The notes beneath the pieces are model-generated. The model saw only the letters and a program-made list of their open reading frames with translations. It made no database searches and was not told the origin of the DNA. Shown here in pieces: positions 39,405 through 51,544 of a stretch of 64,000 nucleotides of DNA (the first letter of the stretch is position 1; every line of letters starts with the position of its first letter). Position numbers and translations under genes: made by a program. Origin of the DNA: Prorocentrum cordatum (Eukaryota); contig CAUYUJ010000200.1 of assembly GCA_963575745.1 (NCBI GenBank), positions 1 through 64,000 on the forward strand. The letters are read 5' to 3'.

Positions 39405-40020
39405 CACATCATCTGCGAGCTCTACGCAGGTGGCATGGCAGCCACATCAGAAGCTCAGCAGCGGCGGCGCCCAGTGACGAGGCCAAGGGACATCCTGATC
39501 GGGGGCGACCTGCTGGACGCGAAGTCGCAGAAGACCGTCCTGAAGCAGCTGAACGAGGATGACTCCTACGTGACCTTTGGGTTTCCCCTGCGACCCGTTC
39601 ACGAACATATCCCACATGTTCCCGAAGGACACGAAGATGCGCAAGTTGGCGATCGGCATGAAGCACCTGCAGCTTGTCAAGAAGATCTGGCTCAACTGCA
39701 AGCGCCGAGGAGCTCATATGCTACTGGAGAACCCAGTGACGTCAAGAGCCTGGCAGCTTATGCCATGGCTGGGCTCAGAGTTCGTAAGCGCGATGATGCA
39801 CCAGTGCGCCGAGGGCAGCAATCTGGTGGACTCCATGGGCGATCCGGTCAAGAAGCCGACGAGTGTCCTGACGACGGCCATCATGCTCGGCAAGAAGTTC
39901 AACAGCATCAGGTGTGACGAGCAGCACGTACACACGAGCGTGATCAACAGGCCGAAGGGAACAGCCTCCAGCCTTGGGAACAGGACCAAGGAGCTGGCCA
40001 AGACGATCTTGGACGGCATC
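39405..40020 (+). pseudogene. Element C C5-cytosine DNA methyltransferase-like domain (one frameshift at ~39580)
   Basis: CELYAGG (motif I), RDI/GDLLD, GFPC (motif IV catalytic PC), LLENP (motif VI), HQC, KKPT, LGN...LAKTI (motif X-like). Confidence 0.75.
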
Positions 40021-40199
40021 GAGGATCAGCGAGACCTTGAGAAGCAGCATGGTGGTTACGCCCGGTACGCCAACAATTTCGACGACATCGACTGTGACGA
40101 TTTCGAGGCCAATCCTGCAGAGACGGAGGCGCCGATGCACGCTAGCGCGGCGACGATCTTCAGCAAGCATGGCGAGAACATCGAGATGGCGGAATGGAC

Positions 40200-41270
40200 G
40201 GCGGTGCCACCACTCATGCGAGCAGCTATCAAGAAGATACACGAGAGCCATTCACATGGACCTTACAAGGAGTCATTGGTACGGTATCTACAGCATGGTG
40301 GAGCTAGCCGACGAGCGGTGCAAGCAGCACGTCTCTTCAGATGCACGACATGTGAAGAGCAGGCTCGGACGGCAGCGAGACCTACGGCAGCTCGGCCTAA
40401 GGTTAAGGACTTCAACGAAGCCATCAGCATGGACTTCGTGATCATACCCGACCTGGACAAGAACATGCACGTGGTGCTTGTTATCGTGGACGTGGCCTCG
40501 GACTTCACCGTGGCGATCTACACGTGTCCCGGATCGAGACCTACGGCAGAGTTACCAAAGAAGGCTTTCGAACTCGGATGGCCCACCTGGGCCGGGCCTC
40601 CACGCGTCGTGGAGCAGGACCAGGACTCTACCTTTATGGGCGAGTTTGAGACGCTGTGCAACGTCCTGGGCATTGTGATCAACAGCGCGGCTCCAGAGGC
40701 TCACTGGCGAATGGGCAAAGTCGAGAGGAAGATGCGATACCTGAAGGAGATGGCGACAAGTGTCTTCAACGCTGGGGAAGTTCGTGGTCAAGATTCGGTT
40801 GCAGCAGCAGTGCGTGGTATGGCCAACGCGTGCAATCAACTTGTCAGCGCGGCAGGCTTCTCACCGCAGCATGGAGCTGGACACCGACTGCCTGCAAGTC
40901 TGGCGAATCCCGACAACGACCCAGCAGTGGTTTCACGAGTGGCCGAGAACACGTCATTCTGGCACCGACTACACCTTCAACAGATCTGTTCGAAATCCTT
41001 TTTCAAGGCAGCAAACTCATCAGCATTGAGACGGACAGTTCCGGCGAGGACGAGGCCCCAGCCAGAGCCATTTCAGCGAGGTGATTTATGGATGTTTTGG
41101 CGATCTGATAACCTAAGCGCAACCTGCATGCACGATGGCATGGGCCTGCCCGGTGCCTGGGCACGGATGAGCACGGTTACTGGTTGATTCATAACAGGAT
41201 CCCGATCCTAAGTTCACCCAGTTTCCTTCGAAGGGCGACTGAGCACGAGGTGGCCAACATGCAGTTTACC
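40200..41270 (+). pseudogene. pol: Element C integrase
   Basis: IHESHSH...CTTC, ISMDF, EQDQDS, GKVERK, GFSPQ in ORF 39577-41187. Confidence 0.9.
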
Positions 41271-42469
41271 GACCTTCTCAGATGGCGGACCTGCACGTAG
41301 ACGAGCTGGTCAGCGGGGTTTTCTGGATCTTCGAGGTCAACAGTATAACCCAGCACGAGATGATCAACAGCCAGACCAGCAGCCAGATCAACGGCCAGAT
41401 CAGCAGCCAGATCAACATCAAGATCGCCGAGATCCAGGACATCAGCAGCATCCTGGACAGGGTGATGTTCCACCACAGCCAGCCGGAGGACAAGGTGATG
41501 CACCATCGAGTGCACCGACGACGGCACCAGCAGCACCTGCTCAGGGCAACGTGGAGCTGACGAAGCCAGCGGACAGCAGGAAGCGACGATCGGAAGTGGT
41601 ACACGATAACGACGTGATGCCAATGCGTCAGAGGCTGGACGACGAGTACGAAACAGTGCCAGCTGATCAAGATCAAGCGGAAGAGGACCTTCGAGCACGA
41701 CTTGTTCGAGCGCACCAAGCTTGGGACACCATCTTGGGAGCGGTGGCGGCCAGCAGCCAGGGCGAGACCGACCTGAGGCAGCTGGGCAATGTCAGGAACG
41801 CCCCTCTTCCACCTGACCCGACACCTGGGTGCAATATTGAGGGGCGGTTTTTCAACTTGGACACGCGCGACCTGGTTAAAGATATCTCGAGTGGACTGGA
41901 TAGCCAATCCTCAGATCATCGACGATGTGGCATCACAAGACCCCATCACGATCATCGAGGAGATCACTCTGGGAAAGGAAGAGGAAGCTGGAAATGGACC
42001 AGGAGGTGGCCAACAGCCTGCAGCAGCCCCGCAGGAGCCTACCAATACTGACGAGACCATGGAGGAACCTAAGGAGGTGAAGCGCGGAGGCAAGAAGCAC
42101 ACCAAGAAGGGCCTGAAGCTCAAGCAGACCAAGCGGGACGACGCTCAGGACGATCGAGCTCAGCTTCGAGTACCTGCCAGGATCCAGAGGCACATGGAGG
42201 AACGCCAGAAGGCGGAGGAAACGGCAGCAGCACCAGCAGAGGTACCGCAAGATCAGCCGGCTACATCATCGTCAAGTGCGCGACAGCCTGCACAGGGCAA
42301 GCGCCAGGAACACCCAGTCACGATCAAGGAGTTCTTGCTGGACGATGTGCCGATCAGCATCAAACGAACCCGGGCACAAACTGGGCCAGTCAAGCAGCTG
42401 GCAGATACACCGCTGCTCGTCGAGGCGTTCGTGGCCGAGCGGATGCGCAGCCAACCGACGAGAGCCAAC

Positions 42470-43740
42470 AAGCATCAGGAGATCAATTTGAAGACGCTGG
42501 GCGATGACAAGCTCAAGTGGAAGAAGATGCAGCAGGCGGTGGAGAAGGAATGGAACACGCGGTGCAAGTACGACGCAGCAACCCACATATTTGGAGCAGC
42601 AGTCGACAAGGTCGACCCGGACAAGATCCTGAGCTCCAAAGTGGTCTGGGCCGATAAGGACCCCACGACTATCGAGCTGAAAGCCAGGATCTGTGGAAGA
42701 GGCTACGAGGAGGAGTTTGACGACAAGCTACGACGGGACTCACCTACAGTCTCAGCACAGATGACGTTACTCCTGTGCAGCATCGTATCGAGTCTCAACT
42801 TAGACCTAGTCATCGCAGATGTGAAGGGAGCCTTTCTGCAAGGCGAAGCCATCACACGCGAGCTCTACTTCCGTATCCCGACGAACCTCGGGAAGTGCAA
42901 CATCCCGGGAGTGAAGGCAGGCGACTAGACTGTACGTATCTCCAGAGAGCGCAGCAAGGCACCAGATAGCGCCTTGACCCATGCAGAGCATCGTGGACTA
43001 CGAATGGTAGTTGGACAACTGCAATGGGCTGCGCGAGTGATATGCTTCGAGGAGGCCTTCGAGGCATCCCGACTGGCATCTACGCTGGGAGCTCCGACGG
43101 TGAAGGGCCTACAGGACGGCAGCGCGGCCATCAGGCGGATACAGAAGCGGGGCGACTTGCTGATCAGGTTCTCAGCAGGCCTGAACCTGTGGGAGACTAT
43201 GGTGATCAATGTCACCGACAGTGCTTTCGACAATCTGCCGAAGCACAGATCGCAACGCGGACACTTCATCATGCTGGGCGACCAGAAGATCAACGAGTAG
43301 CACAGTAACAAGTACAAGGTGCACTGCATTGGGTGGCAGTCGTCCAAGATTCAACGAGTGGTGCGATCTACTCTATCGGCGGAGGCCTACTCATGTGCGG
43401 ATCCGGTGGACATGTTAATACGGACAAGGTCGACCCTGGCGGAGATCCTGTGCCCGGAGATGGGCATGGCCGAGATTGTGCGCGACACCTGCCCGGTGAA
43501 ATGAATTTCGGTGACCGACTGCAAGAGCGTATACGACACGATCACAAAGGAGAAGATTTCTATGACGGACAGGAGGCTTTCTTTGGAAGCGGCTATAGTG
43601 CTGCAGTCACTCAAAGAGGTCAGCATCAAGTGGGTCAAGAGCGAGCAGATGCTAGCGGACTGTTTGACAAAAGTATTTCCAGGAGGCTACGCGAGAAAGA
43701 TAGTTACATCAAATGTGTGGACTCTTGGGCCTGATGACAG
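42470..43740 (+). pseudogene. pol: Element C RT (catalytic core missing) and RNase H
   Basis: KARICGRG, RDSPT, ADVKGAFLQG, then a direct jump to VVGQLQW. RNase H motifs VTDSAF, WQSSKIQRVVRSTLSAE, TDCKSVYD, WVKSEQMLADCLTK. Confidence 0.9.
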
Positions 43741-44809
43741 GGCACCATCAATGCGCGGACGAAAGCTTGTTGGACCAGAGAAGGTGGCAGCCAACAAGGA
43801 GGTGGAAGAGCTCAACGCGAAGATGGCCAAGTACGTCAAGCAGGAGCTGTGCGACGACGCCGGGGAGTGCGACGAGGAGATCTCTACGTGGCCGGTGGAG
43901 ACGTACAACTACGTGGACGAGTGCTTCTGCGACGACAAGGACGAGGTTCAAAATGAGGACTACGTCGAGGCATTCTACACGGAAGAGCTCACGGACAACT
44001 ACCTGATGGAGAGGAGTGGCGCGCAGAGAACCATCCAGATACCTGGCCAAGCTGTAGTTCTTTTTCATTTTTGTGCACTTGCAGTGCATGGAGTTTGTCT
44101 TCCGATGTCTCCTACGGTGGTGACAGTAGTCTCTATCATCGCGGGTATCATCATATTCATTTACGTAGTGCAACCTAAGCAGAACGACAGCGAGGACACC
44201 GCTGAGCCGATGGAGGTGGATAGTTCAAGCAGCGACAGCCTGTTCAAGCCGGAGTTGCCCGTGAAGCCAGTCAAGGTCAAGTCCAGGACGGCGAAGGCTA
44301 CGCCGAAGGCTACGACGACATCACTCGCAGTACGAGCCGATCCAGAGACCCACGATGATGAGATCATGGGGGATGGACCAATTATGCTGGGAGATAGTGC
44401 TCTACTGAGACAGTGGCTGGAGACCATGGGACCGACGATAATCAGGAGTGGCAAGTACGAGGGCGACAGCTACGAGACGATCTATATGAAGGACAGGCAC
44501 TACGCAAATTGCCCAGGACGTTGTCTCAAGCTGGACGCAGACGAGAGCAGGAGTTATATCCTCGACCCGAGCATCACGGTTTACATTGCACACATCATCA
44601 TCAAGTCAGCAGTACGTGTACGCTGATCCCCACTACTACATGTGGGGATATCTGGGAGCCAGCCAGGGCAGTGGCTCAGATGTGAACGGTGGTGAGGAGG
44701 ATGAGCGATTTGTGTTATCATTTTCAGATGATGAGTGATGTTTGGTCACCATCTACAGATGAGAAGTGAAAGCACCCCCTCAAGAGCTCAGGTAAAAATT
44801 TTATATCTT

Positions 44810-45040
44810 GATATCTGTTGCTCGGTGCGCAGACCTCAGGTAAATATTTCATCTGTTGATCAGTGCGTGGATTTCTTCTATCTTAATATATGTTGCTCGG
44901 TGCGTTGATTTCTTTTGTATCTGGATATCTGTTGCTTGATGCACGGACGGTAGTTTGACCGTTCGAGCAGAGAATCTTTGATTTCTTTTATTTGATATCT
45001 GTTGCTTGGTGCACGGACGGTGGCTTGACCGTTCGAGCCA
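44810..45040 (+). repeat. Short tandem repeats in element C 3' UTR
   Basis: Five copies of an ATCTGTTGCT(C/T)GGTGC-like unit near 44811, 44850, 44886, 44924 and 44994. Confidence 0.8.
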
Positions 45041-45115
45041 ATATTATTATTCAATCTTCTGGAGGCTTGCTGCAGAATTTGCCAAGGCATTATTTAGCAA
45101 CGTTTCCTTTTCCTG

Positions 45116-45371
45116 TGTGAAAGATGTATTAGCAAGGGTGTGGGTTATAGGATGATGTTTAGAATTATCTATGTTGCTGCTCTCGCTCGCTCATGCTTGC
45201 ACTCTCTTGTGCACTATTGCCGCTTTTGGCTTGGACCCGCCAGCTGTGGCGGGAGGGAGGACGCATTCTACGACTGTCTAGCTTGACATCGGAATAAGAT
45301 CAGATCACACTCTATCTATTTCTTCTTGCATCAAGAGGTTGTGGGTGGAGAGATCGGGATCAATATTTACA
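45116..45371 (+). repeat. Element C 3' LTR
   Basis: Matches 36315-36570. Confidence 0.97.
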
Positions 45372-45905
45372 ATAGGGAACTCCACCTCCGGCCGCAGTGG
45401 GAAGGTTCGCATGGTACCGGCACATCCCTAACGTTTCGTGGCGCCACAGGGAGCTACAACTAAGGCCCCAGAGGGCGGGCTCGCATGGCACCGCCGCCTC
45501 ATTTCGACCCACGCCTCACACGTTGCGTGGCCCCATAGGGAGCTCCACCGAACCGAAGGCCCCAGCGGGAGGGTTTGCTTGGCATTGCCGCCCCATTTTG
45601 GCATACCCTTTTTACACGCTTCGTGGCCCCAGAGAACTCCACCTAAGGCCCCAGTGGGAAGGTTCGCATGGCACGGGCACATCCCTCACGTTTCGTGGCC
45701 CCACCGAGAGCTCCTCCTAAGGCCCCAGTGGGAGGATTCGCATGGCACCACCGCCCAATTTCGGTACACCCCGCACCCGCATGGCAACCCCGCACCATCT
45801 CGGCACGCCCTTCGCACGCTTCGTGGCCTCATGACGAGATCCACCGCTCACAACGACGGTACTCACAACTGCAAATGGTTGGGTCTTTTGCCAGGATAAT
45901 TTTTC
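45372..45905. repeat. ~89-bp tandem repeat array, right half, with the shared unique tail
   Basis: Resumes in phase (ATAGGGAACTCCACCT) after the LTR; the tail matches 31415-31500. Confidence 0.9.
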
Positions 45906-48040
45906 AGCAAAGGCGAAACGAAGACAGGATAACGGAAAACGTTACCAGAACGAGAAGGGAAAACACTGTTTAGCTCGAGCCGCGTCTGCAACAAAGCCAT
46001 CCTGGAGTCATCCGTTCCAGTCTGGCCGGCCAGTTCGTTTTCTTTCGCGCCCCCCTCGCCGCCCCCCTCTGCTCGTCCACTTCCTGCTCTGCTCTGGTCC
46101 TCCTCCTCCTCCTCCTCCTCCTCCTCCTCATCCTTCTCGTATCCTCCTCCTCCTCCTCCTCCTCCTCCTCCTCCTCCTCCTCCTCCTCCTCCTCCTCCTC
46201 TCCTCCTCCTCCTCCTCCTCCCTCCTTCTCCTCCTCCTCTCCTCCTCCTCGTCGTCCTCGTCCTCATCCTCCTCCTCCTCCTCCTCCTCCTCCTCCTCCT
46301 CCTCCCCCCTCCTCCCACTCATGCTGACTCTCTGCGACCGGTCACAGGCGACGTCCTCGGCGAGGCACCGTAGGCACCGGCCGTGCGGGTGCGCTGAGCC
46401 TGCGTGGCGGAGGGGGGGAAGGTACAGATGCCGCTGCCCCTTGTCGCCTTGTTAGGTCTCCTGGGAAGCCCTCGTCGCCACGGCTGGATTCCCTTCGAAA
46501 ATCTGGCCAGAACGCACCCCACGAGAGGTCCAGGGAGTAGGAGTAATTATCGGTACCTGTTCGTTTCCCCAAGGACGGGGTGGAGAGGAGAGGGTGGGAA
46601 GAAGGAGGCGTGGGGAGGAGGAAGGAGGGAGAAGGGGGAGACGGGTGGGGACGGGGGTGGGGGGGGAGAGGGGGAGAGGAGGACGAAGGAGTGTCTGGGA
46701 AGCCCCAGTCGGAGGTTCGGGGGGGGTGCGGCGGAGGGCCCCGCCGCCGCCACGGATGGGTACGGAATCGCGGGGGACGAGGTGAGGAGGAGGGAGGGGA
46801 AGAGAGCGGGGAAAGGAGGAGGAGGAGGAGGAGGAGGAGGACCAGTGTAAACCCCAGACGCGAGGGCGCGAGGGTGTGGCGGGATGTGTGGTGATCACGC
46901 GAGGATCAGTGAGGCAGCGGGGCCGCAGGCCCCAGCACTGCGGCCACGTCTCCGCGATCGCCGCGTGCTGCCCCCTGGGTGCTGCTCCCGCTGGCTTCCC
47001 GGACCAGGCCCGCAGTGCGCATCTCGCTGCCGTCCGCGACCTGCCCGTCCTCCGCGCTGCTTCCGCTGGCCTCCTGCACCGGGTCCTCGCCGAGCCTCCC
47101 TCCGGGTACCTTCCTCGAACCGCCCGCCAGCTGAGCTGCTCCCGCTGCTCCCCCGGATCGGGGGCCTCGTCGGGCACCTCGTTGTGCCGTTCGCGTGCGG
47201 GGGCGGGCCGCCCACCACCGAGGAGCCGTCGGCCACGGCGGAGTCCTCCTCGTCCTCTGCCTGGAGATTAGGGCTCCCACGAGGGCGCGAAGTTATTCGC
47301 GCTTTGCGGTCCTCGTTCCTTCTCCCCCTCCTCGTCCTCCTTTTCTCCCTTTGGGGGGGCGGCGCGAGAGCGCGAAGTTATTCGCGCTTAGCGCTTCGCG
47401 GAGCGCGAAGCGCGAAGTTGGGAGCCCTAGGGGGAGGCGGGGGGCGCGCCGTCTCCGGTGTGCCTCTCCAGGCGCCCTGCAGTCTCCCTTCGGTGTGCCT
47501 CTCCAGGCGCCCTGCAGTCGACCTGCCTGCAGTCGCCTCGCGGTGGAGCTCTCCAGACCCCCCCACGGCTCGTTCTCGTCGCTGTCCCGCAGGGCCGCCG
47601 CCATGACCGCTCGGGCTTGCCTGGCCGCCTCCTCCGCCCAGTCGGGCCGCGGCCACGCCAGGGCCCCCAGTCCTCTCCAGCTGTCGGTGTCCTCCGCCGA
47701 GCTGGGGGCCGCATCCCCTCCGCGCGGTGACCGCGAGCGAGTCCTCCTCCCTGGGGCGCCCAGCAGCATCTTCCTGGTCTCCCTTGCTGAGGTGGTAGGT
47801 GGGCCGCCGCTCGCTGCCCAGGAGGATCAGCGTGTCGTGGTGGTTGCGCAGCTGCCTTTGCAGCTCCCTGCCGTGCTGCTGCGCGTGCTTGGCTTTCAGG
47901 GTAACATGAGGCTCTGGCCAGGTTCGGGAGCTACGTGTCCCGCGAGAACTTGGCTGCTTTATCATCCCGCCGCGGGCCTCCCTGCGCGGGATCCGCTCCT
48001 CTTCGCGCCTCCTGGGTGGGCGAAGCCCCCGCTGTGGATA

Positions 48041-48335
48041 GCGAAGCCGCTGTCCTGGGAGTACCCGCTCGGCCCCTCCAGCCGATCCCCTCTCCCTGAC
48101 TTCCACAGGGGACGGGTTGCAGCCTTCGCGAGGGTCGTGCCAGGTCCGCGACGCGGTCTCTGAGCGTGGTTCGGACCGCACTATAGATGCCGAAGCCGCT
48201 GGTCTGGGGGTACTCGGCTCGGCCCCTCCAGCCGATCCCATCCCCCTGACTTCACAAGGGTCGGGTTGCAGCCTTCGTGGGGGCCGTGCCAGGTCCGCGC
48301 CGCGGTCTCCGAGCGTGACTCGGACCGCTGGTAGC
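48041..48335. repeat. ~150-bp tandem duplication
   Basis: GAAGCCGCTG...CTCGGCCCCTCCAGCCGATCCC...CGGGTTGCAGCCTTCG...GTGCCAGGTCCGCG...TCGGACCGC occurs twice. Confidence 0.85.
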
Positions 48336-48409
48336 CGCAGTGGTCCCTACCGTCGTGCTTCGGGATTACTTGGTCGTTGGGGATCCTTCTGCTGCCCCAG
48401 GCATGATAG

Positions 48410-48538
48410 TGATCTTGCTGCTGCTGTTGCTGCTGCTGATGATGATGGTGGTGGTGGTGATGATGATGATGATGATGATGATCACGATCATGATCATGAT
48501 GCTGCTGCTGCTGCTGATGCTCATGCTGATGCTGATGC

Positions 48539-48579
<41 letters not shown>

Positions 48580-49078
48580 GGGATGGTGATGATGATGGTG
48601 GTGGTGGTGATGCTGATAAGGATGATGATGATGATGCTGATGATGATGATGATGATGATGAGGATGACGGTGGCGATGATGATGTTGATGACGATGATGA
48701 CGAGGAGCATGATGACGCTGGTGGTAGTGGTGATGATGGTGGCGGTGGTTATGGAGGTGGTGGTGGAGATGGAGGTGATCGAGATGACGCCGATGGCGCT
48801 GATGCTCATGCCGATGATGATGCAACTGCTGATGATAATGATGATGATGGTGATGATGATGATGGCGATGATGCTGCTGATGATCATGATGGTGGTGATG
48901 CCAACGATGGCGACGATCTATGATGATGCATGATGATCATGGTACTGTGGTGTTTTTGATGGTGATGATGATGACGACGATGCTGTTGATAATGATGAGG
49001 ATGCTGATGCAGATGATGCTGATGATGATGCTGCTGCTGATGATGATGATGGTGATGGAGATGATGGTAGTGATGATA

Positions 49079-49111
<33 letters not shown>

Positions 49112-50548
49112 GTGGTGGTGTTGGTGGTGGTGATGATGATGCAGACGAGGATGCTGTTCATTATTCTGAGGATGATGGTGCTGGTTCTGGTGGCGATGAT
49201 GATACTGATGCTGCTGAAGATGAGGATGAGGATGAGTTCAGGATGAGGAGGATGATGGGGATGATGGGGATGGTGATGATGACGATGCTGCTGATGATGA
49301 TGCTGATGATGCTGATGATGGTGAGAATACTGATGCTGATGGTGATGATGGTAATGATGGTGGTGGTGTTGCTGCTGCTGATGATGACGCTGGTGGTGAT
49401 GATGGTGATGACGATGATGGTGGTGATGATGATGATTATGATGTTGATCATGACGATGATGATGATGCTGATGATAATGGTGATGATGATGCGGAGGATG
49501 ATGATGGTGATGCTGATGGAGATGATGATGATGATGTTGATGATGATGATCATGATGATGATGCTGATGGTGGTGGTGCCGGTCGGTGTGGTGAAGGTAG
49601 TGGTGGTGATGGTGAAGATGATGGTGGTGATGATGATGATGGCGATGATGCTGATATTGATGCTAATGCTGCTAATGATGGTTACGATGGTGGTGGTGAT
49701 CATTGTGGCTGTTGTGATGGTGATGATGGTGATGATTAGGATGTTGATGATGATGATGATGATGCTGATGCTGACGCTGATGGCTTGGATGGTGATGGTG
49801 ATGGTGATGGTGATGGTAGCGTTGTGATGATGATGGCGGTGATGGTGATGGTGATGGTGATGGTGATGGCAATGGTGATTATTGTGATGATGATGAGGAG
49901 GATGATACTGATGATGAGTATGATGCTGATGCTAATGATGGTGGTGAGGATGATGCTGATGCAGCTGATGCTGATGAGGATGATGACGAAGACGATGATG
50001 ATGGTGGGAATGGTGATGATGATGGTGATGATGAGGATGTTGATGATGCTGATGCTGATGATGATGACGATGAGCAGTATGATGCTTGTGCTGTTGATGG
50101 GGATGATGATGGTGATGATGGTGGTGATAGTGATGGTGACTGTGATGATATTGATGATGACGCTGATGGTGTGGATGGTGATGGCGATGATGACGGTGAT
50201 GATGATGACGATGATGATGTTGATACTGAAACTGCTGATGATGGTTATGATGGAGCTGGTGACCATGATGGTGGTTGTGCTGATGATTGTGGTGATTATG
50301 ATGAAGATGCTGATGACGATGACGATAATGATGATGCTGATGATGGTGCAGTGGATGGTGATGGTGGTGGTGATGGTGATGGTAATGTTGACAATGATGT
50401 CGACGATGATGATGCTGCTGATGATGATGATGACGATGACGATGGTGATGATACTGATGACGATGATGATGGTGACGATGATGATGACGATGGTGGTGAT
50501 GTTGATGAGGATAATGATGATAGCTGGTGCTGATGATGATGATGATGT

Positions 50549-50598
<50 letters not shown>

Positions 50599-50696
50599 GT
50601 TGATGCTGCTGCTGATGGTGGTGCTGGTGACGACGACGATGATGACGACGATGATGACGATGACAACGACGATGACGTCGACGACGATGATGCTGC

Positions 50697-50738
<42 letters not shown>

Positions 50739-51163
50739 CGAGGATGACGAGGATGACGATGATGACGATGATGCGTTGATGACGAGGAGGTGGAGGAGGA
50801 GGAGGAGGTGGAGGAGGAGTACGCAGATGAAGAGCACGAGGAGGAGGAGGAGGAGGAGGAAGAGGCGGATGAGGAGCAGGAGGAAGAACACGGGGAGGGA
50901 GCAGGAGGAGGAGGAGCAAGATCAGCAGGGGGGGGGACAGCCTACTTCACGCGCCTCATTTCCTCCTGAGCGGCTTCTGCTGCTGCTGCTGCTGCTCCTA
51001 CTGCAGGTCTCAGCTTCGTTCTCGCATCTTGACGGAGCGGGATGGGAGAGTAGCAGGAGGAGGAGGAGGAGCAGCAGGAGGAGGAGGAGGAGTAGCAGGA
51101 GGAGAAGGAGCAGCAGGAGGAGGAGCAGGAGGAGGAGGAGGAACCAGGAGAAGGAGGATGTCA

Positions 51164-51238
<75 letters not shown>

Positions 51239-51289
51239 GTGATGATAATGACGATGATAATGATGCTGATGCTGATGCTGATGATCATG

Positions 51290-51370
<81 letters not shown>

Positions 51371-51467
51371 CTAATGATGATGTTGATGATGATAATGATG
51401 ATGATGATGCTACTGATGCTGATGCTGATGCTGATGCTGCTGCTGCTGATGATGATGGTGGTGGTGG

Positions 51468-51544
<77 letters not shown>

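Larger units (their letters stand above)
36315..45371 (+). mobile_element. Element C: ~9.1-kb Ty1/copia LTR retrotransposon, non-autonomous (RT core deleted)
   Basis: 256-bp TG...CA LTRs at 36315-36570 and 45116-45371 (~11 mismatches). ATAG duplicated at 36311-36314 and 45372-45375. PBS TGGTAGCGTGAGC at 36572. Confidence 0.97.
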
